From Candidatus Methylomirabilia bacterium (GTDB taxonomy: Bacteria; Methylomirabilota; Methylomirabilia; Rokubacteriales; CSP1-6): 25,150 nt of DNA. The stretch lies in assembly GCA_041497895.1 (NCBI GenBank), contig JBGQHJ010000067.1:1-25150 (forward strand). Reading direction: 5' to 3'. Each line of letters starts with the position of its first letter. Position 1 is the first letter of the stretch. Shown here piece after piece: positions 24,096-25,150 of the stretch. Position numbers and translations under genes: made by a program. Below the pieces are notes generated by a model. It did no database searches. It was not told where the DNA came from and was given only the letters and a program-made list of their open reading frames with translations.

Positions 24096-24923
24096 GTGAG
24101 CGCCGATCCCACGCCCCGCATGGCCGTGCACCGGTCCGGCCACGGGCCCGACCTCGTGCTCTTCCACGGCGGCATGGGTTCGTGGAAGCACTGGGTCCGC
24201 AACGTGGACGCCCTCGCCGCCCGCTTCACCGTCCACGCGCTCGACCACCCCTCCTACGGCGACTCGGCCCCAGTGCCGCGCGAGACCACCGGCCCGCAAT
24301 ACCTCGACCTGGTGCACGCCCTGCTCCTCGAGGCGCTGCCCGGCCGCGCCTCGTTGCGCTTCGCGGGCTTCTCGTTCGGGGCCGCGATCGCGGCCAATAT
24401 GGCCCGGCGGCTCGGGCCGCGGGTGAGCCACCTCGGCCTCATCTCGCCCGGCGGCTTTCCGATGCGCAGGTTCGGCGAGCGACCCATCCGCAGCTACAAG
24501 GAGGCGGGTGGCGACGAGCGGCTCTTCCGCGAGATCTGTCGCCACAACCTGCTGGTGAACATGCTGAGCGATCCCGCGAGCGTCTCCGAGGAGACGGTCG
24601 ACATCCAGGCGGACTGTGTGCGCGGGACCCGCTTCGATAGTAGAAAGGTCAGCGGCGGCGGCACGCTGCTCGGCGATCTCGCGGAGGTGGCGCGACGCGG
24701 CGGGAGGATCCGCCTGCTGTGGGGCGAGCGCGACGACTCCGCGTTCCGGCCCGCGAGCCTGCTGATCGGCGAGATCCAGTCCGCCGTCCCCGGCCTCGAC
24801 CTGCATCGCATCCCGAAGGCCGGCCACTGGTCGGCCTACGAGAATGCGCCCGAGGTTAATCGGCTGCTGCTGGAGTTCTTCGGCCGCGGCGCAGCCCAAG
24901 ACTCCGAGGAGGATCCGCTATGA
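24096..24923 (+). CDS. Alpha/beta hydrolase resembling meta-cleavage-product C-C hydrolases (MhpC/BphD-like)
   Basis: FHGGMGSW, nucleophile GFSFG, WGERD, AGHWSAYE.P. Start is GTG 24096 or ATG 24120. Confidence 0.85.
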   Translation: MSADPTPRMAVHRSGHGPDLVLFHGGMGSWKHWVRNVDALAARFTVHALDHPSYGDSAPVPRETTGPQYLDLVHALLLEALPGRASLRFAGFSFGAAIAANMARRLGPRVSHLGLISPGGFPMRRFGERPIRSYKEAGGDERLFREICRHNLLVNMLSDPASVSEETVDIQADCVRGTRFDSRKVSGGGTLLGDLAEVARRGGRIRLLWGERDDSAFRPASLLIGEIQSAVPGLDLHRIPKAGHWSAYENAPEVNRLLLEFFGRGAAQDSEEDPL

Positions 24924-25150
24924 GCTCGACTCGTCGACCGGTCGCTGTCGTGGTGGGGGCGACCTCCAAGTGGCAGGCGGATGGCCGCAACACCAAGCTG
25001 GCCCACGGTCGTGCGCTCGACGACCGTGATCTGCCCGTCGGCATTCGCTGGGGCGTGGGCGGCGCCATCGCCCAGAAGTTCGCCCGGGAGGGCTTCGCGG
25101 TCGTGCTGACCACCCGGCATGCCGCCAACGCGGAGGCGCTCCAGCAGGCC
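24920..25150 (+). CDS. Partial SDR-family oxidoreductase (5' end) with an insertion in the glycine-rich loop
   Basis: Manual translation MSSTRRPVAVVVGA-TSKWQADGRNTKLAHGRALDDRDLPVGIRW-GVGGAIAQKFAREGFAVVLTTRHAANAEALQQA. GAGGAGG RBS and ATGA overlap with the hydrolase. Absent from the ORF track because it has no stop in the window. Confidence 0.85.
   Translation, partial: MSSTRRPVAVVVGATSKWQADGRNTKLAHGRALDDRDLPVGIRWGVGGAIAQKFAREGFAVVLTTRHAANAEALQQA

Noticed and set aside
1..25150. Secondary-metabolite cluster, defence system, prophage or mobile element
   Set aside because: No scaffold-building enzyme (NRPS, PKS, RiPP precursor, terpene synthase), nuclease, reverse transcriptase, transposase or structural phage gene was recognised.

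Overview
Gene-dense, very GC-rich bacterial chromosomal segment. The repertoire (several LLM/F420-type oxidoreductases, orphan solute-binding proteins, a NitT/TauT ABC importer) suggests a soil heterotroph such as Ca. Rokubacteria/Methylomirabilota; this is inference only. I support 24 complete CDS plus two partial CDS at the window edges that the ORF track missed. Main blocks: (i) SDR, fumarate-lyase-family enzyme and Rid protein; (ii) alpha/beta hydrolase-P450-PuuE-like CE4 enzyme-LLM; (iii) a divergent SLT transglycosylase, an orphan SBP with a VOC protein, and a crotonase; (iv) a TetR-regulated ybhGFSR-like ABC efflux operon with a clear promoter and operator; (v) a divergent pair of tightly coupled operons: NitT/TauT importer plus stand-alone MetE-core Zn enzyme on the minus strand, and LLM-lactonase-LLM-C-C-hydrolase-like-SDR on the plus strand. 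Block (v) is the best candidate for an uncharacterised catabolic system. Sequence-level oddities: an SDR with a ~28-aa insertion inside its Rossmann glycine loop, a Rid gene with no canonical start codon behind its RBS, a 19-bp tandem direct repeat in a promoter, and several apparently leaderless promoters. I saw no rRNA, tRNA, CRISPR array, transposase, integrase or phage gene.
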